A stretch of DNA of 63,006 bases, filler included, from Intoshia linei (lineage: Eukaryota > Animalia > Orthonectida), in assembly GCA_001642005.1 (NCBI GenBank). It is 5 parts of 5 records of this genome, joined end to end, with 100 filler letters (N's around TTAATTAATTAA, not from the genome) between each part and the next. Parts side by side here need not be neighbours in the genome. Positions count along the whole stretch, not along the records: positions 39,961 to 56,115 come from LWCA01000877.1; 4 more parts are not named here. The stretch is one strand, 5' to 3'. The notes beneath the pieces were generated by a model, which saw only the letters and a program-made list of their open reading frames with translations, was not told where the DNA came from and did no database searches. How positions within the stretch are numbered: position 1 is the first letter of the stretch; every line of letters starts with the position of its first letter. Below, one piece after another: positions 40,968 through 52,800 of the stretch. A program made the position numbers and the translations under genes.

Positions 40968-41990
40968 ACTAACCAAATTCTAGCAGCTTCGAATGATTGT
41001 GCTTCTTACATTTGGAATGTGAGCAATTCCCGTCTACATGTAAGTAACAGTATTAATAAAATTCGAATTCATTATTCGAGTTATTATTTTTGATTTATAA
41101 AAATTTTATTGTATTTAGATAACACTCACCGGTCATTCTGGAAAAATTAGCGCATCCAAGTTTTTAAATTCAAATGTTGTTCTTTCTGCTAGCCATGATA
41201 GATCCATCAAAATTTGGGATATTAAAAAAGTTTCATGTAAGTTTAATTCAAAATTTCAATAAAAATATTGTATATGCGATAAGATTTAATAATTTTATAG
41301 GTTCACATACTTATTTTACTCAATCTCTTGGCCACGATTTAATTATATCAAAAAACGGTTTACATGATGCAGTTAGTTGTCATTTTGACAGAACGATTCG
41401 TTTTTGGGATATTAGGATTAAAGAAACTGCGAGGAATGTGTACATTAGAGACCGTGTCATGTCTCTAGACATGACTAATGGTAAATTAAATGTATCTTTA
41501 ATTACATATTTAGATGGAAAATACCTTCTTTGCGTAACACGGGAAAATGGCATAAAAATTGTAGATATGAGACAAAAAACTGTAATAAATAAAATTTTGG
41601 ATGAAGGTTATGATCGTGAAATTTGTCGTGCATCGTTTAGTCCTGACGGTTCTTATATTGTAGCAGGTTCAACTAATGGGCGCATGTTTTTTTGGAATAC
41701 GAACGATGTTTCTCTAAATAAAATTGTCATTGATAAAAGACTTGAATCGTACTTTTAAAAAAAACATTTTTTATATATTAATAAATTAATTTAGCGAATC
41801 TAAAAATTTTGATGAATTATATAGTCAATTGTATGCATTTTTCCTTTTTTTTTTCAAACTTTTTAGAGCTCATATAACATGTGCTATTTGGAATCCTGAA
41901 GCCAATTTTGTTGTATCAGGTTTTTTAGTTTTTTATTATTTAATTTTAATATTAGGCGATACTCACGGCGTTATTACCTATTATGATTAA
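40968..41990 (+). CDS. ATG16L1: Autophagy-related protein 16-like, C-terminal WD40 propeller (6 exons, 5' part lost at gap)
   Basis: Spliced product LAASNDCASYIWNV..RLHITLTGHSGKISASKFL..SASHDRSIKIWD..SCHFDRTIRFWDIR..RASFSPDGSYIVAGS matches ATG16L1 WD repeats; stop TAA at 41988-41990. Confidence 0.88.
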
Positions 41991-42469
41991 TATTTCATGA
42001 TTTGTACATATTGTTATTATTTTTACATTAAATTTTTGAAAAAATTATTCTTCATAGTAATTTTTACTTTTTCCAGACTACAATTCAATTAAACCGTTAT
42101 TTTTTACGCAAATGTTAACACAAAAAAATTAAAATGGACTAATTCACTTTAAAGTATAAAATTAATGTGATATGACGGTTCACATGAAACAAGTTTGGGA
42201 ACCACTCTATTAAAGGATTGATAATAGTGAATAATATATTTAAGTTAGATTTTCAACATGAATTTATTTTTTGGTAGAATAAAAATGTGCCCTTCACAGA
42301 GCTAGGTGCTGTTTGTACGTAGTACATAACAGTTATCCTATAGGATCCTAGTGTTGTATAAAATATTAATTTTCTAGTAACCTTTGGATAAATGTTGAAT
42401 AGATTGTTGATCCGTATAGTGAGTCAATAATAGATTGTTGATTTGCGGAAGGATATGAATCAATACGAG

Positions 42470-42625
42470 TGATTTCATAAAATAAATCAGGGCGATCGTT
42501 ACATTCTATTCCTTTACAAATTATTGAATCTCAAATTTGGGAAATTGATATACTCGGACCACTATAGACAACAACTAATGATAACAAATATATTCTCACT
42601 ATGATGGACCACTACAGTAATTCCT
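42470..42625 (+). mobile_element. Retroviral-type (Gypsy/Ginger) integrase core remnant
   Basis: IPLQIIESQIWEIDILGPL*TTTNDNKYILTMMDHYS. Confidence 0.75.
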
Positions 42626-42991
42626 AATACCATCCTCACTGACCGAAGTACCCAATTCGAATCGTATGTGCAACATTGTACAATAATAGTGTTATAAACA
42701 AGCAATGTATATTATTGCTGGTTTGAGATAAATTTTAATTTAAAAAAAATAATAAAAACGTTAATTGACAATATAATTTTAATTAAACTAACGGTTTTAT
42801 ATTTTAAATCAATAAATAAACATAAAGGAAGAAAATATTCATTTATCCCAAGTCGAATTGCTACAATGGTTTAATGCTCTCTAACATTCGATATGAATCA
42901 TATATCATAATATAAATATACCCTCATTGAGGGGGTCCTTGGTTCACATCCAGTTTTAGTCAAATTTTTAAAAAAAAGATAATGTATAATG

Positions 42992-44867
42992 CAGTGGTGC
43001 TTAACCGGGGGTGCATAATCAATTTTTGTGGTGCACAGAGCTATTTTCATTTTTTTTAATTACATTAATAAAATAATTAGTTAAAAATTAATTATTAATT
43101 CATTCATTAATTTTTTTTTTAAATGAGTGAAATTACATAATTGATATTTTCATTATCAACAAAAATATTAGATATAAGACATAATTTCATCTTGTTAATA
43201 CTTATTAAGTTAAATTAATAATTAACGCTCATTGAATTTATTCACAATCAATTAATAATCAAATTAATTTTGCATTTTCAACTTTTTTAAAATATACAAA
43301 TTATGTATTTTAACATATAAATTATCATAGAGTTTTTAACCTTTTCTAAGGATGTCTAAAAGAAGACAATGAAATAACAATTACGTAGAATTTGGTTTTA
43401 TCTGTCGTAATGATGAAGATGAAACCGAAAAATTTCAATGCATTTACTTTTCGGCGTTTTATGCAATAATAGCATAAAGCCAAACATCCTACGTAATCAT
43501 AAGAATATAGAACATTCAACCATCACTAACAGTGTTAAAATTATCGCTCGAAAAAGACGTTTCGATATAGGAGGAACAGTTGACAATTTATCATTTCTTC
43601 TCAATGTAACAAAATTGTAAAGGCATAATATCATGTTACTTACATGTTTTCTAAACAAAAAAAGCATCATACCATCAGAAACGTTGACCAAACTCTGTAC
43701 TCTTAACATTGCAGAACTTCTTGGCGAAAAACAAAAAGGGGCACTTAAATAACTTCCTTTGTAAAAGGATTAAAAATTTAGCAGAAGTTATCGAACTTGA
43801 AGTTATGCATGAACTTCGAATTGGACGAATCTACTGATGTGTTTGCAAGATATGTTGTGAATGATAACATTACGGAGGAATATCTGTTTTGTGAGTCATT
43901 AAATAAAACTATAAGAGAATTAATGTATTCGAAATAAATTATATATTAATACATTAAAATATATATAACATTTTTTATGGGTCCTATAATTTACTTTGCC
44001 CCCCAAATAGAAAAAATTTTACATAGTACCTTGATTTTTCTATTGGCCCATTGGGAAATATATTATGGGTTTAGCTTTATGATAGCTTTAAATGTGATAT
44101 TTGGTGGTTTTTGGTGTAGTATTCTTAATATCTATCTATTTGTGACTGAAATTGCCTTTGAAGTAATTATTACTTTTGATACAACATAGTTTTGTGAGGC
44201 TGGATTTTCTATTCTAACAAATTAAAAAAAATGAAAAAAATATAAATTAGATGTCCGTGCCGGTAAGCGAGTGAGCCTATCAAAAACAATGCTGAGATTT
44301 AACTTACTTCTCATTTCAAAGCAACAATAACAATCCCATTAAAATTATGTAAATAAATTTGTTCAATTGTTATACAAAAGTTTTCAGCTACTACTTAATT
44401 CGTCTATTTCCTAAGTCTTTAACATTATATTTGAATAGTGTATTTTTGATTAATGAATTTGATGATACGACCAGGGATACTACATTTTCCGATATTTTTA
44501 AATGCAAAATAGATAATATATCTACTGGATATTGTAGTAATACTTACAAAACTTATAGTGGATATGATAGTTGACACGTTTTCATTTTTATAAAGGTTTG
44601 AATAAGTACAGACATGGTCGTGGAGAGGGTCTATGTCCCGTGTCTACATTCATGAGGGCCTATACTTTCCATCGAGTCCGGGTCTACTGCTGGCTCTCCA
44701 CGACCATTATTATGACCAAATCAGCTTTAATTCTTAAATTGTATCCGTTTAATTTAAGTAACTAGTTAACACTTTATTTATAATTAATATTGTAGTAATT
44801 GATTTTTAATCCGGGGTGCACAGTCATTAAGATCAATATTTCGGGGTACATAGGTTAAGATCCACTG
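42992..44867 (+). mobile_element. Internally deleted hAT Buster-type (ZBED5/FAM200-like) transposon
   Basis: TIRs CAGTGGTGCTTAACC / GGTTAAGATCCACTG; perfect TSD GTATAATG; decayed ORF MSKRR..YVEFGF..QC..VLCNNSIKPNILRNH ... F.TT.FCEAGFS ... QQ.QSH*. Confidence 0.92.
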
Positions 44868-45142
44868 GTATAATGGTTATTAGGATTAAACATACTGAAT
44901 ATCGCTGAAATGGGGTTGATAGGGAGTTAGAGGTGAGAGATGATTATTTTTGACTAAATTTTAAAATGTCGCTGTTTTGCGACACGACACTTAGTACTCT
45001 ACTAAGATTTTAAAAAACTGTCCTAATAATAAATACACATATTGTGCTAACAAAATACATTTCTACAGTTTGTATTTGCACATGTCTTGTTGATATTACT
45101 AAAGCTTAAATACCAATTTAAAGCATTTACAGAAAATAAAAC

Positions 45143-46081
45143 ATGATACTAGCAATTATATTAGCGTTTATATTGTACTTGAATAAAGAATTAACAGGTT
45201 CTGCACATAACGAAATTTCTATAAATATCTCAAACACTCAAATATTGATAGCATATACAATCACAACAGTTATATATGTTGCCGTGTTGTCAAATTTTAC
45301 TTACTTTTTATTCTTTACCAAACTAATGGACCGATGGGTGAAAATAAATAAACTGGCCTTTTTACCAATAGTATTTATAAACATTACCACAATTTATAAC
45401 GTGTTGATATTTGAAACCTTGTTGGATCCATTACATTTTCCAACCATCAAATACCTTTTGTTAGCAAATAACAATTTAGTATACCGATTAGTATCAATTT
45501 CAATAATAATGTATAGAATAGATACGAATAAAAATAAATTAACTGGTTCAGGTGGACGATTACAATCTTTGACAATTTCAAGTCTCGGAATACTTTACTA
45601 CGTTAGCTATTCCATCATTTTACATGAAGAAATGCCATTCGATGACTACATTTTAATTATGTCAACCTTGAAGCAAAGCTTATACAATGCTTTCCTAATT
45701 TACCTTGGATATATTATTAATCAAGTTAGTATTATGGGTAATTTAGAAATAATTGTGAAATTTATTATCACAATTTGTGTGTATATACCTTTTCAAGTAT
45801 TGTCAATATACTTTATTCTTAATGAATTAACAAAAACCATCATTACATCGACCATACTTAATTATTTAGTATATTCATTTTATATATTTTTGGGACATAA
45901 AGAATATCTTCATACGTTAATTAAAAATTTTATTAAAATGAACCAATTAGAAATTCTTCTCATTTATTCAGCTGTAGACTTCATGTTGGACAACATTATT
46001 ACCATTACAACTGGAATCAAATATACTCTTTTATCTTATCCTAATTTTATACTTTTATGGACCAATTTACTTGTATTTTAA
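45143..46081 (+). CDS. Intronless multipass membrane protein of unknown family (312 aa)
   Basis: Long ATG-initiated ORF in very AT-rich DNA, with roughly 8-9 hydrophobic segments. Confidence 0.65.
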   Translation: MILAIILAFILYLNKELTGSAHNEISINISNTQILIAYTITTVIYVAVLSNFTYFLFFTKLMDRWVKINKLAFLPIVFINITTIYNVLIFETLLDPLHFPTIKYLLLANNNLVYRLVSISIIMYRIDTNKNKLTGSGGRLQSLTISSLGILYYVSYSIILHEEMPFDDYILIMSTLKQSLYNAFLIYLGYIINQVSIMGNLEIIVKFIITICVYIPFQVLSIYFILNELTKTIITSTILNYLVYSFYIFLGHKEYLHTLIKNFIKMNQLEILLIYSAVDFMLDNIITITTGIKYTLLSYPNFILLWTNLLVF

Positions 46082-48057
46082 CTTTATAGATTAAACAATA
46101 ATATTTACATTACAGTGTACAAAAAATTTACACATTTCATGTTTGTCTTGACGATTTATCATAACTCATGAGTTACTTTTTTAATTACATACTATAAATA
46201 ACAAATATTTTTAAATTTCATGAGTTTTCATAGAATTATTAGAAAATACATTTTAACTATAGTAAGTTATTTTTCAAGTAAGGAAATCGCATTAATCAGA
46301 CAGTTTAATGTTACAAAATTTAAATAAATAGTTAATAAAAATTGAATGTGTTAAAATAATCTTAATTATTTTTTATGTCTTCGAATTTTTTTTTGTTAAA
46401 ATTTTTCGCATCTTCAAAAAATTTTGTAAGTATAAGACTATCATTATTAAGGATGACCAGGCCTCGTATGTATTATAATATTTATGTAGACACGAGTATA
46501 CTTGTCATAATGTGGAGGAAGAATAGACTTGGGACATGTGATAAAAAAATTTTAAAAAAGTCTAAAACTATCTTTCAATTTGTTTTGTAAAGTCTATAAT
46601 TTTTTTAAGTCATTTATAATACAATGCAATGGATCTTAAATTATATATTTTATCGCGAAAATTACAGAGAATCTCCATTATAATGTTATTAAATTAATGC
46701 AAAATCATATTATCTATTTTAATAACTTTTTTTAAGAATTTTTTAAATACATACTTGTATGAAAAATATAACTCGTCCTACGTCGTACCTCATAAATCAG
46801 ACATCATTGTATAAATGATTAAAAAAATTCTTCACTATAAAAAAGTGTAAATAACATCATACAAGTATTACGGAATTCTCATATTTCAATTTTCATAAGG
46901 ACTTAGAGTCTAAGTCTTAGACTGTAATTATAATGTAAATTACATATTATTACCAGAAAAGATGTATAAATACTTGACGTATTATTTACACTACCATAAT
47001 TTCACATCAGATATATAATTTCGTTAATATTGAATTTCCCCATAATAACATCCGTTTTAACGATTTTTAATAATTTGAAATAAAAACCAATAAATGATAT
47101 TTCTTTTTATTATAAGTTTTTGAATAATACATAAAGAAGTACACATAACATCATCAACGGGGTCCATGTAAACTCCTGCGTGCACTGCAGTTTTTTGGAG
47201 TCTATGAATAATGTTAAATTATTTACAGAAATTAAAACAAAAAATAATATTTCCGCAATGATAGTAACTATTTTTACCTAAGGATATCTAATTTAATTTT
47301 ATATCTATTAAATAAATTAAACTTATTAATTAATTGAATAATAATCAACTTTATAAATCAAATATATTAAATTTGATAAAAAATGTAATAAATTGATTTT
47401 TAATTAATAACAAAATCCTTACATATTTTATGATGTGTATATACTATGTAATATATATCTAATATGCTACACAATATTCGTGTGTCTGTGTTTATCTTTA
47501 TTTCAATAACTACCAGTCTTAAAATTTTATAAATTTTTTATACGAATTTTAAAATAAATCTTAAAACAAAAATCTAGATCAAGTAAAAAGTAATGTAATA
47601 TTTCACTTGAAACAAGTTTAGGAACCACTCTTTTAAATAATAATAGATTAAAAGATGAAATTGAATTTTTAACGTAAATTTATATTATATCATTTTTGGT
47701 AGAATAAAAATGTTCCGTCGGCAGTTAAAACACTATCTAGTTAGTTTATATTTTTATAAGTCATTAAAAATAAAATTTTTGTTAAACAAAATAAATATTT
47801 TAAAATTATACTAGAAATTTTACCGCAAACTAATATTTTGTTGATACTTAAACCAAATTCTAGGTGATCCACACAAATATTATTAAAAAAAACATTATTT
47901 AAAAAAAAGTATATTATTCATTATCATTATTAGTGAACATTATTTTATCGATTTACAAAATACGATGCAATATATTGACTTGTTCATAAACTTTAAATAA
48001 TCACAATCCTGGTTTGATTATACTAATGACTGGAACGAAATATGGCATCGCTTGTGT

Positions 48058-48318
48058 TTAAGGTGTAGTATACCAACCGCTAGCACAATTGTCTTTAACC
48101 ATTCTTTTATTCAATATAGCCTGTTCTGCATCACAGACATCTTGAAACGTTATAAATAACAATTTTGTTATTTTTATGCAGTAGAGTTGAATTAATTTTA
48201 ACTGTTTAAAATATAATATTTTTCCATATAGTTTGTAGGTTTCAATATAGCAGTCTTGTCAAATTATGTTCGGTAAACCTCAAATATATAAAGTGTTTTG
48301 CTCGTTTAAACCGTCCAT
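48058..48318 (-). pseudogene. RRM-domain pseudogene
   Basis: MDGLNEQNTLYI*GLP...YGKIL...LFITFQDVCDAEQAI shows RNP2- and RNP1-like motifs with two in-frame TGA codons. Confidence 0.6.
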
Positions 48319-48581
48319 CACATTCAAGTCATCGTATCAATTAATTTAACTTTATGAAAAAACACTTAAAAACTTATAGACAAAAACCTGAATTTATCAG
48401 AATAGAAACAAGACAAAAAAAACGAAACTATATGGGAATTACTAATTTAAAGAAATACAGAAATATGAAAATAAAAAAAGGAAAATAATAAAAATAAAAA
48501 AAATAATTTAGTTAATTTTATTTAAAATTATAAAAAATGACTATGTAAACAATACAACGAATAATATAAATATATATACAA

Positions 48582-48953
48582 TTACTTAGACTTGGAGCTG
48601 TTATATTTGGTAACTGCCTTTGTTCCTTCAGATACAGCGTGCTTGGCCAATTCACCAGGTAATATTAACCTAACTGAAGTTTGAATTTCACGAGAGGTAA
48701 TAGTATTTCTGTGATTGTATTTTATGAGTCTAGAAGCTTCAGATGCACATCTTTCAAAAATGTCATTCACAAATGAATTCATTATAGACATGGCTTTGCT
48801 GGAAATTCCCGTATCAGGATGTACCTGTTTCAATACCTTGTAAATGTAGATACTGTATGTTTCCTTTCGCTTCTTTCTTCTCTTAGTAGTAGTTGGAGCT
48901 GATGTACTCGTTTTTGCTGAAGCTTTTTTTGCACTATATTTGCCTGCAACCAT
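48582..48953 (-). CDS. H2B: Histone H2B
   Basis: [40 protein letters not shown]...[30 protein letters not shown]; intronless. Confidence 0.99.
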   Translation of the reverse strand: MVAGKYSAKKASAKTSTSAPTTTKRRKKRKETYSIYIYKVLKQVHPDTGISSKAMSIMNSFVNDIFERCASEASRLIKYNHRNTITSREIQTSVRLILPGELAKHAVSEGTKAVTKYNSSKSK

Positions 48954-49860
48954 CGTAAATTGAATAATATAAAAAACAAAACTGTCAAACTTATAATTTT
49001 TTTATTTCTTATATAATCTGAAAATTTTCAAACTGGCGCACGCACATTTCATTTATAGCCAGTTTAACCTTTTATACTAATTTTACGATATTAATAGGTG
49101 AATATTATTATTTTAAATTCAATTTAGTGATTAGTTTTGAAATTAACGTAGAATTGAAAGTTTTATAGCCAAAATACTAAAATTTCATTCTACATTTTGA
49201 TCATAACATCATTTACCTAGGATAATCATTTAAATTGCATAACTTGTTGTTATATCGATTGGAATTTAATTTTATTGTTAACATTTGTTTTGAATAACAA
49301 TTTTAGTTTTGAACTACCATTTTTGTTTTGGTTTGGTTTACGTTTTTAAACTTATTTTTACTGTTTGTCACTTATTTTTACATATTTATTATGTAATATT
49401 TTTTCATTTCTTTTTTTTATTTTTATAGACTTTTACATATTATCGCGTGTATTTAAGCTTTTTAAGTTGAAAGAAATTTACAAATGTTCTTTATCTTACC
49501 ATTTCATAAAATATTGGGTAAAATGCTAAAATATGGATTAGTTTGGAATTATTCTAAGCGGTTTAATTTGACTTTCAATTTATTAGAACAAATTCAATAT
49601 TAAAATAACTAAAGGAATATGCCGCTATCAAAAACTATACGCTGGTACAACGATATGGTGAATTTTTAAAATTATTATGTAGTAATAGATATCACAAAAT
49701 AGTACCCACCATCCCTCAACATGACATGCCTGGTCAGGTCTAATACGGTAAAAAAAATTAATTTCATTATTTTGCCTCCATCGCTAAAGCGTTTGAAACA
49801 AGGAAATGTACTTTAATGAACCTTTATTGGATCTAACGATATAACTTATATTTGTTTAAA

Positions 49861-52800
49861 ATGAATTTTAATTTAATGCAAGCTTTTCATAATAAAGAGT
49901 TGGTTGGGTGGAACTCTACCGATTCTATTATACATTCATGTCAGTTGATTTATCCTGTATTTGTTTCGTAATTTTTAAAATGTATTAATATATTCATTTT
50001 TACAATTTATAAGCTTATAGTCAAATAAGTATTGAGAATCAAATCATGGATAACTCTTCAACTGGTTACCCTATATTTTCAGATTAACAAAATATCACCT
50101 TTACACAGATACTTTAATTCAATCATTTGTCAATATTCGTCATTTAAATTGACAATCAATAATTATTAATAGTAGAATATCGAAATAGACACGACTGCAG
50201 TTATGGATCCCATATTCTGCATTTATTTGATTTTTTAAACACAAGTGAAATGCCTTATATCCCTAGCCACGTTTGCACTGGTCTAGAGTCTAGATCAGTA
50301 GTTTTCTACTTTTTTTTAGAAACGTTCTTTAAAGCAAATATTAATTTAAAATTATACCAGTTTAACACAAATGTAAGACGTGTAATGATGGTACATAAAA
50401 TTGCACTAGTCAGCGAGATTGTTAAAGAGAAAAAACCACATAATCCAAACTTTTATCCGTGCCCACGATAATAAATAAAATAAATAACGACACGATAATA
50501 ACATGAATGAATTTATTGTTTAGAGATCAAACCGAAGATTGTACTGTCATAGAAAGTGGAACTTTACCAATTTTTAAGAGATTTAGTTTATCGGGTCTAT
50601 TATCTCATTTAAAAGAATTGAGAAACATTAAAAGTATTCTATTATTCGGTCTCGTAAAGGACTGTGATAAGGTTATTTTATTTATTTATTTTTTTTCTCA
50701 TTTTGTTATCCGTGTATTAGTGGTAATTGAAATTAGAAATTTAAAGACTTAAGATCTTAATTTAATCACTTTTAATTTTTATAAAAAAAGGTAATCTGGG
50801 GTTTAGATTGTGAAAATTAACTTTTTTGGGTTTCCGATTTATGATAATGTTTATGATTTTAAAAATTTTTATCAGATTTTAATCAGAATTTTAGGCTTCG
50901 TTTCAATTTTAAAAAAATGATAATTTGGGTTTATGTCTTGAAGGACTTAATTTCTGAAAATGAAATTTGCAATAAAACTTCGCTCTAAAAATTTTTATAG
51001 AAATATTAAATTTTTAAAACTCGACTCTTCTTATTTTTTTAAATAAACTCCTATTACTTTCCTTATCCTACACAAAACTTGACATAACGCAATAAGAGCC
51101 GAACTTACAGTACTCGAAATAATTGTATAAGTTTTACTAATTTTGAGACATTTAAGTGTTTAAGAATTATTGTTTAATTGTATTGTTAGGACATTACAGG
51201 ATCGATGGCTGATAATCCTGATTCCATCATTATAAAAGCAATTAAAGAAATTAAATCCCAGACAAAGTTAAATTTAATCAGTGATGTTTGTTTGTGTCAT
51301 TATACAGATTCTGGGTCTTGTGGTAAATTTTTATTTTTTTATTTTTTGTTGATATCCACCAGTGGACTATCATTTTGTATATCATTCGGTAATTCTGTTA
51401 AACATTCAATTTTATATAAGTAAGGAATCCTTACTAATGATAATTAGTTATCTTCTGATGACAGAAAAAAATGTATAATAAATGTATCTATAGGTCAAAT
51501 TTAGAGTTGCCAAGTGTCGAGGTTTTATAACAAAGCCTAGACGACCGCTACAGTATTATTTCAAAAATTACACTTTTATCCCATCAGTAATAAAATTTAC
51601 TAATATTTAATAAAAAATACAATTTCTCAAACCCTTAGGGAAAATCTCCTATTTATAATATTTTTTTAATTAACGGATTATAATAATTATTGATACATAA
51701 TTGGTATTTTTAAGTATTTATTAAATTGGTACTGAATATATATCATCACATTAAAAATGAAAAAATAGGTTTTTATAATTTTTTTTTCTAGAATTGATGC
51801 TATTTATGACAATTTTTAGGATTGGACTGTTTGTACTTTATTTTTAATATTATAGATACATTTTGTCTAATAAATTAAAAAAATGGAATAACAATTGTTT
51901 TTAAAATTCTTTACTCAAATGTTAACAAACAAAAAATTAAGATGGCATAATTCACTTTAAAGTAAAAAGTAATGTGATATGATGGTTCTACCTGAAACAA
52001 ATTTGGGAACCACTTCTTTAAATGATGGATATTAGTGAATAGTAAAATTTTTAAGTTAGATTTTCAATGTGAATTCATTTAATTTTTCAATTTTGCTGGT
52101 AATAAAACCAGCAATGCAAGTAACACATTTGGTGATAACATGACTTTTCAGACATTTTGTGACACGTAGGATACTTATTGAGAAGCTTTAAAATCAACAT
52201 TTTTTAAACACAAAATATGTAGGCATCGTTGATGAAACTGGAAATATAAAGTTAAAAGAAACGCAGGATAGGTTATCAACTATAGCGTACCAGTACGCTT
52301 TGGCAGGTATCTTTAATAATTATGTAAAAGTACATACTATTATATTCAACTTAGTTTTTTTAGAAACTCAGTAAGTACTTTTTTTCAAATTTTAGTAGTA
52401 CAGTATAACCTTTCTAACCGCCGTTATTCGCCAAAAATGGAAATTTGAGATATTGGGCGAATAACGGAGGTTATACTGTTATTTATTTCAAGTTATTTGA
52501 AGTCTATATTTAAAATTTTACTAGTTGCTATGAAAAAAATCCCTGTAAAGTAAAAATTAGTACAAAAAAATGCAAAAACTCAGTAAAAGTCAAACTAAGT
52601 CTTTTTTATAAAAGTTGAACACACTAGTACATACAGTATGTACTAGTATAGTAATGTAGTATGTACTTCATACTTAGGTGTTGATGTGGTAGCTCCTTCT
52701 TGTATGATGGATGGAATTGTCAAGAAAATTAAAGAAAAGATGAATCAATTTTCAATGCCTAAAGTAGCTATCATGGCATATAGTGCAAAATTTTGCTCCA

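Noticed and set aside
46375-47290. Coding-looking minus-strand fragments (PKSILPPHYDKY, GVYMDPVDDVMC)
   Set aside because: Many stops, no consistent splice model and no family recognised.
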